DNA from: Mobula birostris
Taxonomy: Eukaryota
Reading direction: 5' to 3'
Length of the DNA stretch: 64,000 bases
Assembly (NCBI RefSeq): GCF_030028105.1
Contig: NC_092384.1
Location: forward strand, 3,763,665-3,827,664
Under the pieces are notes generated by a model. That model saw nothing but the letters and a program-made list of their open reading frames with translations, ran no database searches and was not told the DNA's origin. Of this stretch, positions 13,559 through 25,889 are shown in pieces. Made by a program: the position numbers and the translations under genes. Numbering within the stretch: position 1 is the first letter of the stretch; each line of letters opens with the position of its first letter.

Positions 13559-16500
13559 TTCTCTGATCAATTGCATGACATTCTGAACTGGGAGGGTGAT
13601 CAGCCAGATGTCGTGTTGCACATCGGTACCAATGACATAGCAAGGAAGAGTGAGGAGGTCCTGGAGAGTGAGTATAGGGAGCTTGGTAGGAAGTTGAAAA
13701 GCAAGACCTCGAGGGTGGTAATCTCAGGACTGCTACCTGTGCTGCGTGCCAGTGAGGGTAGGAAAAGGATGCTCTGGAGGATGAGCAAGTGGCTGAGGAA
13801 ACTGGAGTAGGGGGCTGGGTTTCAGATTTCAGGATCATTGGGACCTCTTCTGTGGCAGGTGGGACCTGTACAAGAGAGACGGGTTACACTTGAACTACAG
13901 GGGGACCAATATCCTTTCAGGGAGGTTTGTTAGTGCTATTGGGGAGGCGTTAAACTAGATTTACAGGGGGAGTGGGAACCAGAGTGCCAGAGCTGACAGT
14001 GTGGCTGGGGTGAAAATAAATGTTGTTAAAAGTTCAAGCAAATCCGCTAATAGAAAGGTTGTGAGTGGTGGTAAAAATATTCTGAGATGTATATACTTCA
14101 ATGCTAGGAGTATTGCGGGGAAGGCGGATGAGTTGAGGGCGTGGAGATTGACACGTGGAATTATGACGCTATAGCAATTAGTGAATCTTGGCTACAGGAG
14201 GGGCAGGACTGGCAGCTTAATATTCCAGGGTTCCGATGTTTCAGATGTGATCGAGGCAGAGGAATGAAAGGTAGGGGAGTAGCATTGCTTGTTAGGGAAA
14301 ATATTACAGAAGTGCTCAGGCAGGACAGATTAGAGGGCTTGTCAACTGAGTCTTTCTGGGTGGAGCTGAGAAACGGGAAAAGGTATGGCCACATTAGTGG
14401 GATTGTATTACAGACCACCCAGTAGTGAACGAGAATTGGAAGAGCAGAACTTCAGGGAGATAGCAGGCAACTGCAGGGAACATAAAGTTCTGGTGGTAGG
14501 GGATTTTAATTTTCCATATATTGATTGGGACTCCCATACTGTTAGGGGTCTAGATGGTTTAGAGTTTGTAAAATGTGTTCAGGAAAGTTTCCTAAATCAA
14601 TATATAGAGGGACCAACTAGAGGGGATGCAATATTGGATCTCCTGTTAGGGAACGAGTTAAGACAAGTGACGGAAGTCTGTGTAGGGTTGCACTTTGATT
14701 CCAGTGATCGTAACACCATTAGTTTCAACCTGATCATGGACAAGGATAGACCTGGTCCTAGGGTTGAGGTTCTTAACTGGAAGAAGGCCAAATTTGAAGA
14801 AATCAGAAAGGATCTAAAAAGTGTGGATTGGGACAGGTTGTTCTCTGGCAAGGATGTGATTAGTAGGTGGGAAGCCTTCAAAGGAGAAATTCTGGGAGTG
14901 CAGAATTTGTATGTTCCTGTCAGGATTAAAGGCAAAGTGAATAGGAATAAGGAACCTTGGGTCTCAAGGGATATTGCAACTCTGATAAAGAAGAAGAGGG
15001 AGTTGTATCACATGTATAGGAAGTAGGGAGTAAATAAGGTGCTTGAGGAGTATAAGAAGTGCAAGAAAATACTTAAGAAAGAAATCAGGAGGGCTAAAAG
15101 AGGACATGAGGTTGCCTTGGCAGTCAAAGTGAAGGATAATCCAAAGAGCTTTTACAGGTATATTAACAGCAAAAGGATTGTAAGGGATAAAATTGGTCCT
15201 CCTGAAGAACAGAGTGGTCGGCTATGTGCGGAACCATAGAAAATGGGGGAGAACTTTTTTTTTTTTGCGTCTGTATTTAGAACATAGAACATAGAATAGT
15301 ACAGCACAGTACAGGCCTTCGGCCCACAATGTTGTGCCGACCCCTCAAACCCTGCCTCCCATATAAGCCCCCACCTTAAATTCCTCCATATACCTGTCTA
15401 GTAGTCTCTTAAACTTCACTAGTGTATCTGCCTCCACCACTGACTCAGGCAGTGCATTCCACACACCAACCACTCTGAGTAAAAAACCTTCCTCTAATAT
15501 CCCCCTTGAACTTCCCACCCCTTGCCTTAAAGCCATGTCCTCTTGTATTGAGCAGTGGTACCCTGGAGAAGAGGCGCTGGCTATCCACTCTATCTAATCC
15601 TCTTACTATCTTGTACACCTTTATCATGTCTCCTCTCAACCTCCTTCTCTCCAAAGAGTGAAGTCCTAGCTCCCTTAATCTCGGATCATAATGCATACTT
15701 TCTAAACCAGGCAGCATCCTGGTAAATCTCCTTTGTACCCTTTCCAATGCTTCCAAATCCTTCCTATAGTGAGGTGACCAGAACTGGACACAGTACTCCA
15801 AGTGTGGTCTAACCAGAGTTTTATAGAGCTGCATCATTACATCGCGACTCTTAAACTCTATCCCTCGACTTAAGAAAGCTAACACCCCATAAGCTTTCTT
15901 AACTACCCTATCCACCTGTGAGGCAACTTTCTGGGATCTATGAACATGTACCCCGAGATCCCTCTGCTCCTCCACACTACCAAGTATCCTGCCATTTACT
16001 TTGTACTCTGCCTTAGAGTTTGTCCTTCCAAAGTGTACCACCTCACACTTCTCTGGGTTGAACTCATCTGGCACTTCTCAGCCCACTTCTGCATCCTATC
16101 AATGTCTCTCTGCAACCTTTGACAATCCTCTACACTATCTACAACACCACCAACCTTTGTGTCGTCTGCAAACTTGCCAAACCACTCTTCTACCCTCACA
16201 TCCAGGTCGTTAATAAAAATCACGAAAAGTAGAGGTTCCAGAACAGATCCTTGTGCGACACCACTAGTCACAATCCTCCAATCTGAATGTACTCCCTCCA
16301 CCACCACCCTCTGCCTTCTGCAGGCAAGCCAATTCTGAACCCACCTGGCCAAACTTCCCTGGATCCCATGCCTTCTAACATTCTGAATAAGACTACATTG
16401 TAGAACCCTGTCAAATGCCTTACTAAAATCCATATAGATCACATCCATTGCACTACCCTCATCTATATGCCTGGTCACCTCCTCAAAAAACTCTATCAGG

Positions 16501-18672
16501 CTTGTTAGACATGATCTGCTCTTCACAAAGCCATGCTGACTGTCCCTGACCACACCATGATTCTCTAATTGCCTATAGATCCTATCTCTAAGAATCTTTT
16601 CCAACAACTTTCCCACCACAGACGTAAGACTCACTGGTCTATAATTACCCGGACTATCCCTACTACCTTTTTTGAACAAGGGGTCAACATTCGCCTCCCT
16701 CCAATCCTCCGATACCATTCCCGTGGTCAACGAGGACATAACGATCCTAGCCAGATGCTCAGCAATCTCTTCTCTCGCCTCGTGGAGCAGCCTGGGGAAT
16801 ATTCCGTCATGCCCCGGAGACTTATCTGTCCTAATGTATTTTAACAACTCCAACACCTCCTCTCCCTTAATATCAACATGCTCCAGAACATCAACTTCAC
16901 TCATATTGTCCTCACCGTCATCAAGTTCCCTCTCATTGGTAAATACCGAAGAGAAGTGTTCATTGAGGACCTCGCTCACTTTCACAGTTCCATTTATTAA
17001 GGAAACTGGCATGAAGTCTATGGAATTAGTGGAAACAAGTAGTAAATCGTGGAAACTGTACAGATCGAAAAGGAGGAGGTCCTTGCTGTCTTGAGGAAAA
17101 TTAAACTGGATAAATCCCCGGGACCTGACAGGGTGTTCCCTCGGACCTTGAAGGAGACTAGTGTTGAAATTGCAGGGGCCCTGGTAGAAATATTTAAAGT
17201 GTCGCTGTCTACAGGTGAGGTGCCGGAGGATTGGAGAGTGGCTCATGTTGTTCCGTTGTTTAAAAAAGGATCGAAAAGTAATCCGGGAAATTATAGGCCG
17301 GTAAATTTAACTTCAGTAGTAGGTATGTTATTGGAGGGAGTACTAAGAGACAGAATCTACAAGTATTTGAATAGACAGAGACTTATTAGGGAGAGTCAAA
17401 ATGGCTTTGTGTTAGGTCATGTGTTAGAAATCTGTTGGAGTTTTTCGAGGAGGTTACCAGGAAAGTGGATGAAGGGAAGGCAGTGGATATTGTCTACATG
17501 GGCTTCAGTAAGGCCTTTGACAAGGTCCCGCATGGGAGGTTAGTTAGGAAAATTCAGTCGCTAGGTATAAATGGAGATGTGATAAATTGGATCAGACATT
17601 GACTCAATGGAAGAAGGCAAAGAGTGGTAGTAGAGAATTGCTTCTCCGAGTGGACGCCTGTGACTAGTGGTGTGCCACAGGGATCAGTGCTGGGTCTATT
17701 GTTATTTGTCATCTATATCAATGATGATAATGTGGTAAATTTGATCAGCAAATTTGCGGATGATACTAAGATTGGAGGTGTAGTATACAATGAGGAAGGT
17801 TTTCAGAGCCTGCAGAAGGACTTGGACCATCTGGAAAAATGGGCTAAATAATGGCAGATGGAGTTTAATGCAGACAAGTGTGAGGTATTGCACGTTGGAA
17901 GGACAAACCAAGTTGGAACATACAAGGTTAATGGTAAGGCACTGAGGAGTGCAGTGGAACAGAGGGATCTGGGAATACAGATACAAAATTCCCTAAAAGT
18001 GGAGTCACCGGTAGATAGGGTCGTAAAGAGAGCTTGTGGTACATTGGCCTTCATTAATCAAGTATTGAGTATGAGAACTGACATGTTATGATGAGGTTGT
18101 ATAAGGCATTGGTGAGGCCGAATCTGGGGTGTTGTGTTCAGTTTTGGTCACCAAATTACAGGAAGGATATAAATAAGATTGAAAGCATGCAGACAGGGTC
18201 TACAGGGTTGTTGCCGGGACTTCAGAAACTCAGTTACAGAGAAAGGTTGAATAGGTTAGGACTTTATTCCCTGGAGCGTTGAAGAATGAGGGGAGCTTTG
18301 ATAGAGGTATATAAAATTACGATAGGTATAGGTGGAGTGATTGCAAGCAGGCTTTTTCCACTGAGGCAAGGGGAGAAAAAAAACAGAGGACATGGGTTAA
18401 GGGTGAGGGGGGAAATGTTTAAAGGGAACATCAGGGGGTGTTTCTTCACACAGAGAGTGGTGGGAGTAAGGAATGAGCTGCCAGACGAACTGGTAAATGC
18501 GGGATTTTTTTTTACATTTAAGAATAAATTTGACAGATACATGGATGGGAGGTGTATGGAGGGATATGGTCCGTGTGCAGGTCAGTGAGACTAGGCATAA
18601 AATGGTTCGGCACAGCCAAGAAGGGCCAAAAGGCCTCTTTCTGTGCTGTAGTTTCTATGGTTTCTATGGTTT
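13559..18672 (+). mobile_element. CR1 LINE with ORF1 esterase remnant and ORF2; split by an antisense CR1 at 15280-16990
   Basis: DQPDVVLHIGTNDI (SGNH esterase), APE ORFs 14141-15239, RT ORFs 17049-18588, (TTTCTATGG)n tail. Confidence 0.9.
15280..16990 (-). mobile_element. CR1 LINE nested in CR1
   Basis: RT ORFs 15996-17246 and 15445-16074; tail agaacatagaacatag; attta on both flanks. Confidence 0.92.
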
Positions 18673-18956
18673 TCTAATTTCACTTGTCACATGACTGAAA
18701 TGTTCCCACAGCATATGGACTTACTTTAAAGGACTTTTCATCTCTTGTTCTCAATATTTATTGCTTATTTATTGTTATTTCTGTCTGTTTGTTTTTTCTG
18801 TCTGATTTTTTTTTAAATTTGGAATTCGTAACTGCTGATCTAATGGTTGTAATTTTTCCCCCCCACTAATTAATATCGGTTACCTTTGTTTATTTAGGCA
18901 TTGATATCATCACGGAATATCTTCGAAGTATTCCGTAGAGAAGATGGAAAGATGGA

Positions 18957-19625
18957 TAATGAAACAGGTATTTATCACAAAGGGGGGGGGGGGCGGTGGC
19001 CTTGATGGCGGGCCCAAATGGAAGACACAGACACTGAAGTACAAGGAAAAGGACTTGACTAGAGCTGGGACGTGGCAGGATACAGATAAGGAGCAGGGAC
19101 AAGAACGCAGACTTGGGCTAGGACAAGGACAAGAAACAGGGAACCCGGATAAGGAACTATAAACTAGGAGCCTGGGCATGGGAAAGCGGGAGCAGGACTG
19201 GGAACCATGGACTTGGAACCTGTGCTTGGACTGGACAAGGACCCAGAACCTCGGTCTTGCTTCGGGCTCGGTCCCCAGTACTAAGCACGGTCATGACATG
19301 GCTACCAGACTGGAGACTGGATCCCTGAGGCTTGAGGCTTGGAGATAGGCTTGGGGTCTTGAGGCTTGAGGCTTGGAGACAGGCTTGGGGTCTTGCGGCT
19401 TGAGGCTTGGAGACGGACTTGGGGTCTTGCGGCTTGAGGCTTCGAGACGGGCTTGGGGTCGTGAGGCTTGAGGATTGGAGACAGGCTTGGGGTCTTGAGA
19501 CTTGAGGGTTGGAGACAGGTTTGGTGTCTTGAGGCTTGAGTCTCGGAGACAGGCTTGGGGCCTTGAGGCTTGAGGCTAGGAGACAGTCCTTGGGTCTTGG
19601 GTCTTGGGTCTTGGGTCTAGGGTAC
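18957..19625 (-). mobile_element. LTR-like element with internal (CTTGAGG)-rich tandem repeats
   Basis: Reverse complement ends gtgtcttccatttgggcc...tttgtgata like 28618; repeats 19320-19620. Confidence 0.55.
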
Positions 19626-19835
19626 TTCGAAGCTTGGGTATGGACTCGCATTAGGGTATTTACTCGCATAAATATCCGTTGCAACTATTTTTTTCTTAAT
19701 GTATCTACAGAAGACCCGGAAATTCTCCTTCACCTTGTCTGCTAGAGCACTCGCGTCTTCCTTAAGCCATCCTCATTTCTGTCTTGAATGTCCCCTTACA
19801 TTTCTTACACTTTTCAAGCACTTATTTCACTCCTA

Positions 19836-20135
19836 CCGTCTCTTCTAGGCCAAAACTCCGTGCTCCCGTCTCTTCTAGTCCAAGGCTCCGTGCTCCCGCC
19901 TCTTCTAGTCCAAGGTTCTGTGCTCCCGTCTCTTCTAGTCCAAGCCTCCGTGCTCCTGTCTCTTCTAGTCCAAGGTTCCGTGATCCTGTCTCTTCTAGTC
20001 CAAGGCTCCGTGCTCCCGCCTCTTCTAGTCCAAGCCTCCGTGCTCCCGTCTCTTCTAGTCCAAGGCTCCGTGATCCCGTCTCTTCTAGTCCAAGGCTCCG
20101 TGCTCCCCTCTCTTTTAGTCCAAAGCGCCGTGCTC
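19836..20135 (+). repeat. 30-bp minisatellite, 10 units (ccgtctcttctagtccaaggctccgtgctc)
   Basis: Direct count. Confidence 0.95.
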
Positions 20136-20572
20136 CTGAAGGCCCTCGTCCAGTCCATGCCTACTCCCGTCCTATCAGAGTCCTGTCCATGTGACTCTAC
20201 CTGTCCTTGTATCTCGCCCTACACAGGTGCTCCTCACCCAAGCCATGTCCAGTCCTGTAGCCTCGTCTTTTCCTCGTCTAGTTCTGGTGTCCGATCCCGA
20301 GTCAAGTCCCAGGTTCTGGGTCCGTATCAAGTCCTGGCTCCGAGATTCCAAGTATCAAGTCCTGGCTCCGGGATTCCAAGTATCAGGTCCTGGCTCCGGG
20401 GTTCCAAGAATCAAGTCCTGGCTCCGGGGTCCGTGTTCCGAGTCTTTGTCCCTTACGCTTATTCCCACTTCCACTTTGCTCTCCTTGTAACGAGCAATGA
20501 ACTCAATTTAGTTAACCCTACAAAACGTGTTTGTGTCCTGTATTTCGGTCCATCCTTGCTCGGCACGTGTAA
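20136..20572 (+). mobile_element. LTR-like element 3' part with 28-bp repeats (about 20325-20430)
   Basis: Ends gtcctgtatttcggtcc...tgtaaca; related to 24990-25880. Confidence 0.55.
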
Positions 20573-20810
20573 CAGAAATGAGATAAGGAGGAATTTCTTT
20601 AGCCAGAGACTGGTGAACATATGGATTTCTTTGCTACAGGCAACTGTGGAGGCCATGTCTATATACATATTTATAGGCAGAGTTTGATCGATCTTATTGG
20701 TCTGGGAATGAAGGGATTTAGGGAGAAGGCAGGAGACTGGGTGTGAGAGGATAATTGGATTAGCCAAGATGAACTAGTGGAGCAGACATGATGATCCAGT
20801 TGCCCGAAAT
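20573..20810 (+). mobile_element. CR1 3' tail fragment
   Basis: EIRRNFFSQRLVNIW motif and CR1 3' UTR. Confidence 0.7.
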
Positions 20811-22182
20811 CTGTTCTATATATTGTGGTCCTAAGACTTACAACTTTCACAAAGGAATACGGTAAAGATTACCAGAGGTAAACCATCCAATCTCGGAACA
20901 AGAAAGTAGGATGTCCTTGGCGATCCCTCATCAGGCTAACAATCTTGATTTGTTTAATAATGACCTGTATTACACCCTGATATCAGTTATGCCCAAATTA
21001 CTCAATTCCATTTACAACTCGTCAGCAATTCTTCACGATAAGCAGCAACTAATAGTTGAAGAATTGCCGGAATATGAAGGTACACAAAACTGCAGCTTAT
21101 AACAACATATCGTTGGAAGAACATGACACTGCAATCGTGTCATCCCCGTCATTAACTGTCACAACAATGGATTCGGCAGCGCAGCAGATTCAGCAATTAC
21201 ACTTGTGAATATGCACGTGTCAGCTAATTATTATTTCATAGTGGTAGCATTTAACTCCATTGATTCCGTCGTAGTATTTGTCCAGCCTTGTACACAGCAC
21301 AGCAAAGCTTGGTTGCCTGTTTGTAATTGGCCTTGCATGAGAAATTGGACGGTCGAGTCAGCTGAATCCGAACACTAGCGTTATTCTATTAATATTTAGA
21401 TGATCTTTTCCGCCGCAGTGTGAGCTTCCTTTTCCATTTGAGGGTTTTAGTTAACGGCCCTGTTTGGCCTAGCGTTTATTGTTTTATTTTCCCTTTAACA
21501 CTCTTTGCATTAAAGTTTGTGAACTATCGTCCCGCTTTAATGTCTCTCACTCCGCACTTTAGCCATATCTGAACCAGGTGAAATTAACTCCCTGATGGTC
21601 ATCAAGAACTATTAATTTGACTGGACTAGCCACATAAATATCATAGCGTTTCAAAACTTGGAAATCTTGGAGTAAGCGACTCAACTCCACACATTGCAAA
21701 ATCTTTCCTCGTTCTCCAAACCATAAATTTGGTGTGGCAGAATTAACTTCACTGCTTCAGGTAAGTGCAGCTTCAACAACTCTCCAGAAAATTAGCACAA
21801 TTCAACGTAAAACAACCCATTTAATTATTATTAGTCTATTGACCTAAGTTTTCATTCTCGTCATGGGAGGTATGAGAAACTCGCACTGCCCTATGTTGGG
21901 TGTATTCCATCATTTTCTCCATCGTCACATGGCATACATTGAAAACTATCTCCCAATAGAGGGTGAAGCTAGCAGATGGATTGTAACTGTTCAATGCGGC
22001 TGCCACCAACACCTACTCAATGGAAATAATAGGCAATAAAGTCTGTCCCGCCCAACGACGTCGAATGGCACCAATCAATTGCAATAAAACTGAAGAGACA
22101 AAGTGAGCGTGTTTAAATGCGCGAGACTGCATTCTGTAACATGGAAAAACACAAAAAACATAAATACAGCAATGATAATTGT

Positions 22183-22353
22183 TTACAAATATTTTATCAT
22201 TGATTTTGCTAGTTCCTCCATGAATTTACTCGTTCTACATACCTGGGCATATATTTTATTCTGTTCAGAATCTCTGACTATAGTGGACGTCTTGGCCCGA
22301 GCCATATTTAGAGTGACGTATGTTAGCTTTTGATCATCTTCGGATTGCTTTGT
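22183..22353 (-). CDS. Orphan terminal exon of a diverged ITIM receptor (or relic)
   Basis: Minus strand gattttcag| then TKQSEDDQKLTYVTLNMARAKTSTIVRDSEQNKIYAQVCRTSKFMEELAKSMIKYL*. Canonical ITIM LTYVTL plus YAQV; same phase and 23-aa Y-to-Y spacing as 53808-53975. Confidence 0.6.
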   Translation of the reverse strand, partial: TKQSEDDQKLTYVTLNMARAKTSTIVRDSEQNKIYAQVCRTSKFMEELAKSMIKYL

Positions 22354-22879
22354 CTGAAAATCATCAACAATTTGTTGTAATTTTTCCACCAATAAAATGT
22401 ATGTTTTTGCAATAAATATTTGGCCATAGCCCAAAAGTTACATCGCACTGGATATGACAGCAATGCACGGAGTGCCAGTAGCTTTGAAAAGTCAGTTATA
22501 ATTTAAATCTTGCGTTTCCTTTGATGAAGCAACCAAACAGTAAAACTGCTTTATCTTCTTCTACCGATCTCTAGTCATAAATGGAGAAACCTGGGCTTGC
22601 GGATCGAAAATAACAAAAAAAAAGTATTGATAACTTGAGTTAATAAAAAAAAAACATTTGATTCCCTGTGGAGATGGTAACGGAGCGCCTCAATTTTGAA
22701 TAAGTCAATTTTCAACAATCTGCTCTATTCGACAAAGAAACCCAGATTTAAGAGTGTGGGGAAATGTTTGGCTGCTCGTGTACAACTTTAGCAAATGAGA
22801 GATCATCAACTTTCAAAGGAAAAAAAATGAATATCGAGTATTAATTATACGTTGAAAAGTTTCAGCATGCGGTTTTCAG

Positions 22880-23450
22880 AGGCCTTGAGAGTCTTTGAAT
22901 GTATCGGAAAAGGTTGGTTACCTGACGAGAGAGGTTATCGAGAAGGCAAACGGTATGGTTTCCTTTGTTGAGAGAGGGTTTGTATTTAACAGCAGTAATT
23001 GCTCATGACACTGGTGCAGACGCACCGGGAGTACACCGTGCAATTGTAGTTTTCTTACTTGAGAATGAATATCCTGGCATCGGAGGCGATTCAATGAAGA
23101 TTCAATGTTTTATTCTAGAGAGGAGTGAATTTCCCCTAGGATAGATCGAGTTGCATGGGAGTTGCATGTACGCTGTAATTCAGAAGAATGGGCTGATATC
23201 TTATGGAAACATACAATATAATGGGAGGGATATACGTAAGGTACAGATAGTGACGAGCTAGAAGCCATAACCCCAATTCGGAGGAGGCATTAAGGACAAA
23301 AATGAGCAGGAACTGCTATTCTAAGAGATTTTTTTTTTTTTGTCGAATTCTATGCTCGGGGATTATTTTCGGCTACCTTATTTAATCTATTTGGGACACA
23401 GTTAATTTTTTGCACAGCGAGAATATTAAGGTTTACGAGAGAAATTAGCT
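22880..23450 (+). mobile_element. Highly decayed CR1 RT C-terminal fragment
   Basis: Degenerate KKANGMxAFI and GGDSMKI-like sequence. Confidence 0.45.
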
Positions 23451-24150
23451 GTATCTGAGATCACAGCCAGAGCAGTCATGATGCTACTGAATAACGCAGT
23501 CGGCTCGACCAGCAAGGTGGCCTACTGCTGCTTTTAACACTTGTGTTCTGGCGAGCTTTTTAAAAATTATTATGTCCTTAGTGTGGATGTAGCAATGGGT
23601 GTTAGAGACGGGCGTGACGGTACCATAATAATCATGCCTGACCTCAATAGTAATATTCCGTAATACAGTAAACGGAGAGTTGCTGGAATGCATTCGTGAT
23701 GGCATAACGAATCCGTTTTTGTCGTAACCGTCCAGAGAATGGAACATTCATGATTCAACGGAATGCAAATGGAACGCAGTAATAGCAGTCGTGTTGTGTG
23801 CGGTCCCGTGTTGAAGGCCCGCCATAGCACAGTCTAACTCTTTGTTGAATTGGAGAATAAGATAACTGATTTTGAGAATAATTTCCAGAGTCTAATACCA
23901 AGAAAGTAAGGCTAGAAAAGCTAAGACAGATTAGGTAACAATTCCAAAAGCGATTCAGAATCTAAGGAGAGCATAAATTTCCCATTGCTGTCCAGAGCAA
24001 ATGGAGCAACATAGTTTATATGGTTCAAATATAGCTCCCTATCATTAAACTGGTAAGTTGGTACATTAGAAAATTATTGTCGCATGCACCGGGCTACTAT
24101 GAAAATAAAATTGTTTTTAGCATGTCAAGAGGGAAAACAGATACAAATGC

Positions 24151-24960
24151 AGAGTAAAGTGTGGGTAATCAACCAGATGCAGAGTAAAGTGCGGGAAAAC
24201 AACAAGATTCAGAGTGAAGTGCGGGCAAACAACAAGATGCAGAGTAAAGTGCGGGAAAACAACAAGATGCAGAGTAAAGTGCGGGCAAACAACAAGGTGC
24301 AGAGTAAAGTGCGGACAAACAACAAGATTCAGAGGAAAGTGCGGGCAAACAACAAGATGCAGAGTAAAGTGCGGGCAATCAACAAGATGCAGAGTAAAGC
24401 GCGGGAAAACAACAAGATGCAGAGTAAAGTGCGGGCAAACAACAAGATGCAGAGTAAACTGCGGGCAAACAACAAGATGCAGAGCAAAGTGCGGACAAAC
24501 AACAAGATGCAGAGTAAAGTTCGGGCAAACAACAAGATGCAGAGTAAAGCGCGGGAAAACAACAAGATGCAGAGTAAAGCGCGGGCAAACAACAAGATGC
24601 AGAGTAAAGTGCGGGAAAACAACAAGATGCAGAGTAAAGTACGGGCAAGCAACAAGATGCAGAGTAAAGTTCGGGCAAACAACAAGATGCAGAGTAAAGC
24701 GCGGGAAAACAACAAGATGCAGAGTAAAGTGCGGGAAAACAACAAGATGCAGAGTAAAGCGAGGGCAAAAGAACAAGATGCAGAGTGAAGTGCGGGAAAA
24801 CAACAAGATGCAGAGTAAAGTGCGGGAAAACAACAAGATGCAGAGTGAAGTGCGGGCAAACAAGAAGATGTAGCGTAAAGTGCGGGCAAACAAACAAATG
24901 CAGAGTACAGTGCGGGCTAACAACAAGATGCAGAATAAAGTGCAGGCAAACAGATACAAA
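24151..24960 (+). repeat. 30-bp minisatellite, about 27 units (cagagtaaagtgcgggcaaacaacaagatg)
   Basis: Direct count; aaacagatacaaatgcagag occurs at both ends. Confidence 0.95.
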
Positions 24961-24989
24961 TGCAGAGATTTTTGGAGTTCAGTATTTTG

Positions 24990-25880
24990 GGAATTTGGGA
25001 GTTTGGGAATGCAGAGTTTCAGGATTCAGCCTCGGTCTTCGGGATTGTTCCTGGCCATACCCTCGTCTGAATCCTTTCCCTTCCTCTGCCTTCTGTTGCA
25101 TCGCTTCGCCTCGGCTGAAGCTTTGTCTCACCTCGCCTCGCCTGAAGCCATGTCTCGCCTCGTCTAAAACCTTGCCTCGCCTCGTCTGAAACCTTGACTC
25201 TCCTGTAACCCTCGCTGGCACTGCTGTCAAGTTCCATCGCCGGGGTAAGAGAAAGAAATGAGTATTGTTGTTTTGAACTGTCTCTGTGTCCAAGCCTTCG
25301 CTAGGTTGTTCCGCCGTCTGCCACTGCCTTTTATTGGGATCCGTCTTGTCGTATTCTGCATTCTGTGTAATGAGTCCCGGCCCTACGTCCTGTACCCAAG
25401 GAGGGGTCTCGGCTCTGTGTTCTGTGTATGAGCCCGGCCCTATGTGCTGTTCCAAGGAGGGGTGCCTGCTCTGTTTTCAATGCTCCTGTCTCTACCTCGA
25501 CCATGGCTCTGCGTTCCTGTCTCTACCTCGACTAGGAGTTCACGTTCCTGACTCTCGCTCGATCAATTTACGGCTTCGGGGTCTCGTTCAATCCTAGTCA
25601 TCAACCAAGAACCTTGTCCTCTCCAAGCCATGGCTTTGTATTCTCGTCTTGTCCATGTCTCTCGCCCAGCCCAGGAGTACCTTGCCCAGCCCCGTGTTGG
25701 GGGATCATGCGTCCTGTGCTGGTCTTCCCTCGGCCTGTGCTGTGGTTCGATTGTCCTGTCCAGAAGTCTCACCTCCAGTTCTGTTGCCACTCCTCTTCCT
25801 GTAGCCACGTCTTGTCCTCGCCTAGTTCTGGAGTCCGAGCCTGAGTGAAGTCCTAGGTTCTGGCTCCTTGCACAGTCTCT
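24990..25880 (+). mobile_element. LTR-like element fragment
   Basis: (CCTCG)-rich; shares cctgtagcc.cgtctt.tcctcg.ctagttctgg.gtccga with 20255-20320. Confidence 0.5.
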
Positions 25881-25889
25881 GGCTAGGAG

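Noticed and set aside
19711-19850. Strong plus-strand acceptor (ttcttaatgtatctacag) as an alternative last exon for gene A
   Set aside because: No tyrosine motif or homology to gene B; runs into a minisatellite
19157-20687. Ser/Pro/Arg-rich repeat ORFs of 114-299 aa
   Set aside because: Translations of LTR-associated tandem repeats
22492-22518. Minus-strand ETQDLNYN* just upstream of the orphan exon, echoing ETQD...SYADL of gene B
   Set aside because: Weak AAG acceptor, in-frame stop, no donor; too short to exceed chance
23995-24055. Plus-strand segment with a strong donor (ctg|gtaagt) as a possible gene A tail exon
   Set aside because: Stop codons in all three frames
24084-24959. Long ORFs (MQSKVRANNK)n and others on both strands
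   Set aside because: By-product of a stop-free 30-bp minisatellite; no splice or domain support
19836-24960. Regular 30-bp repeats as CRISPR-like arrays
   Set aside because: Units are contiguous with no unique spacers; eukaryotic context with no cas genes
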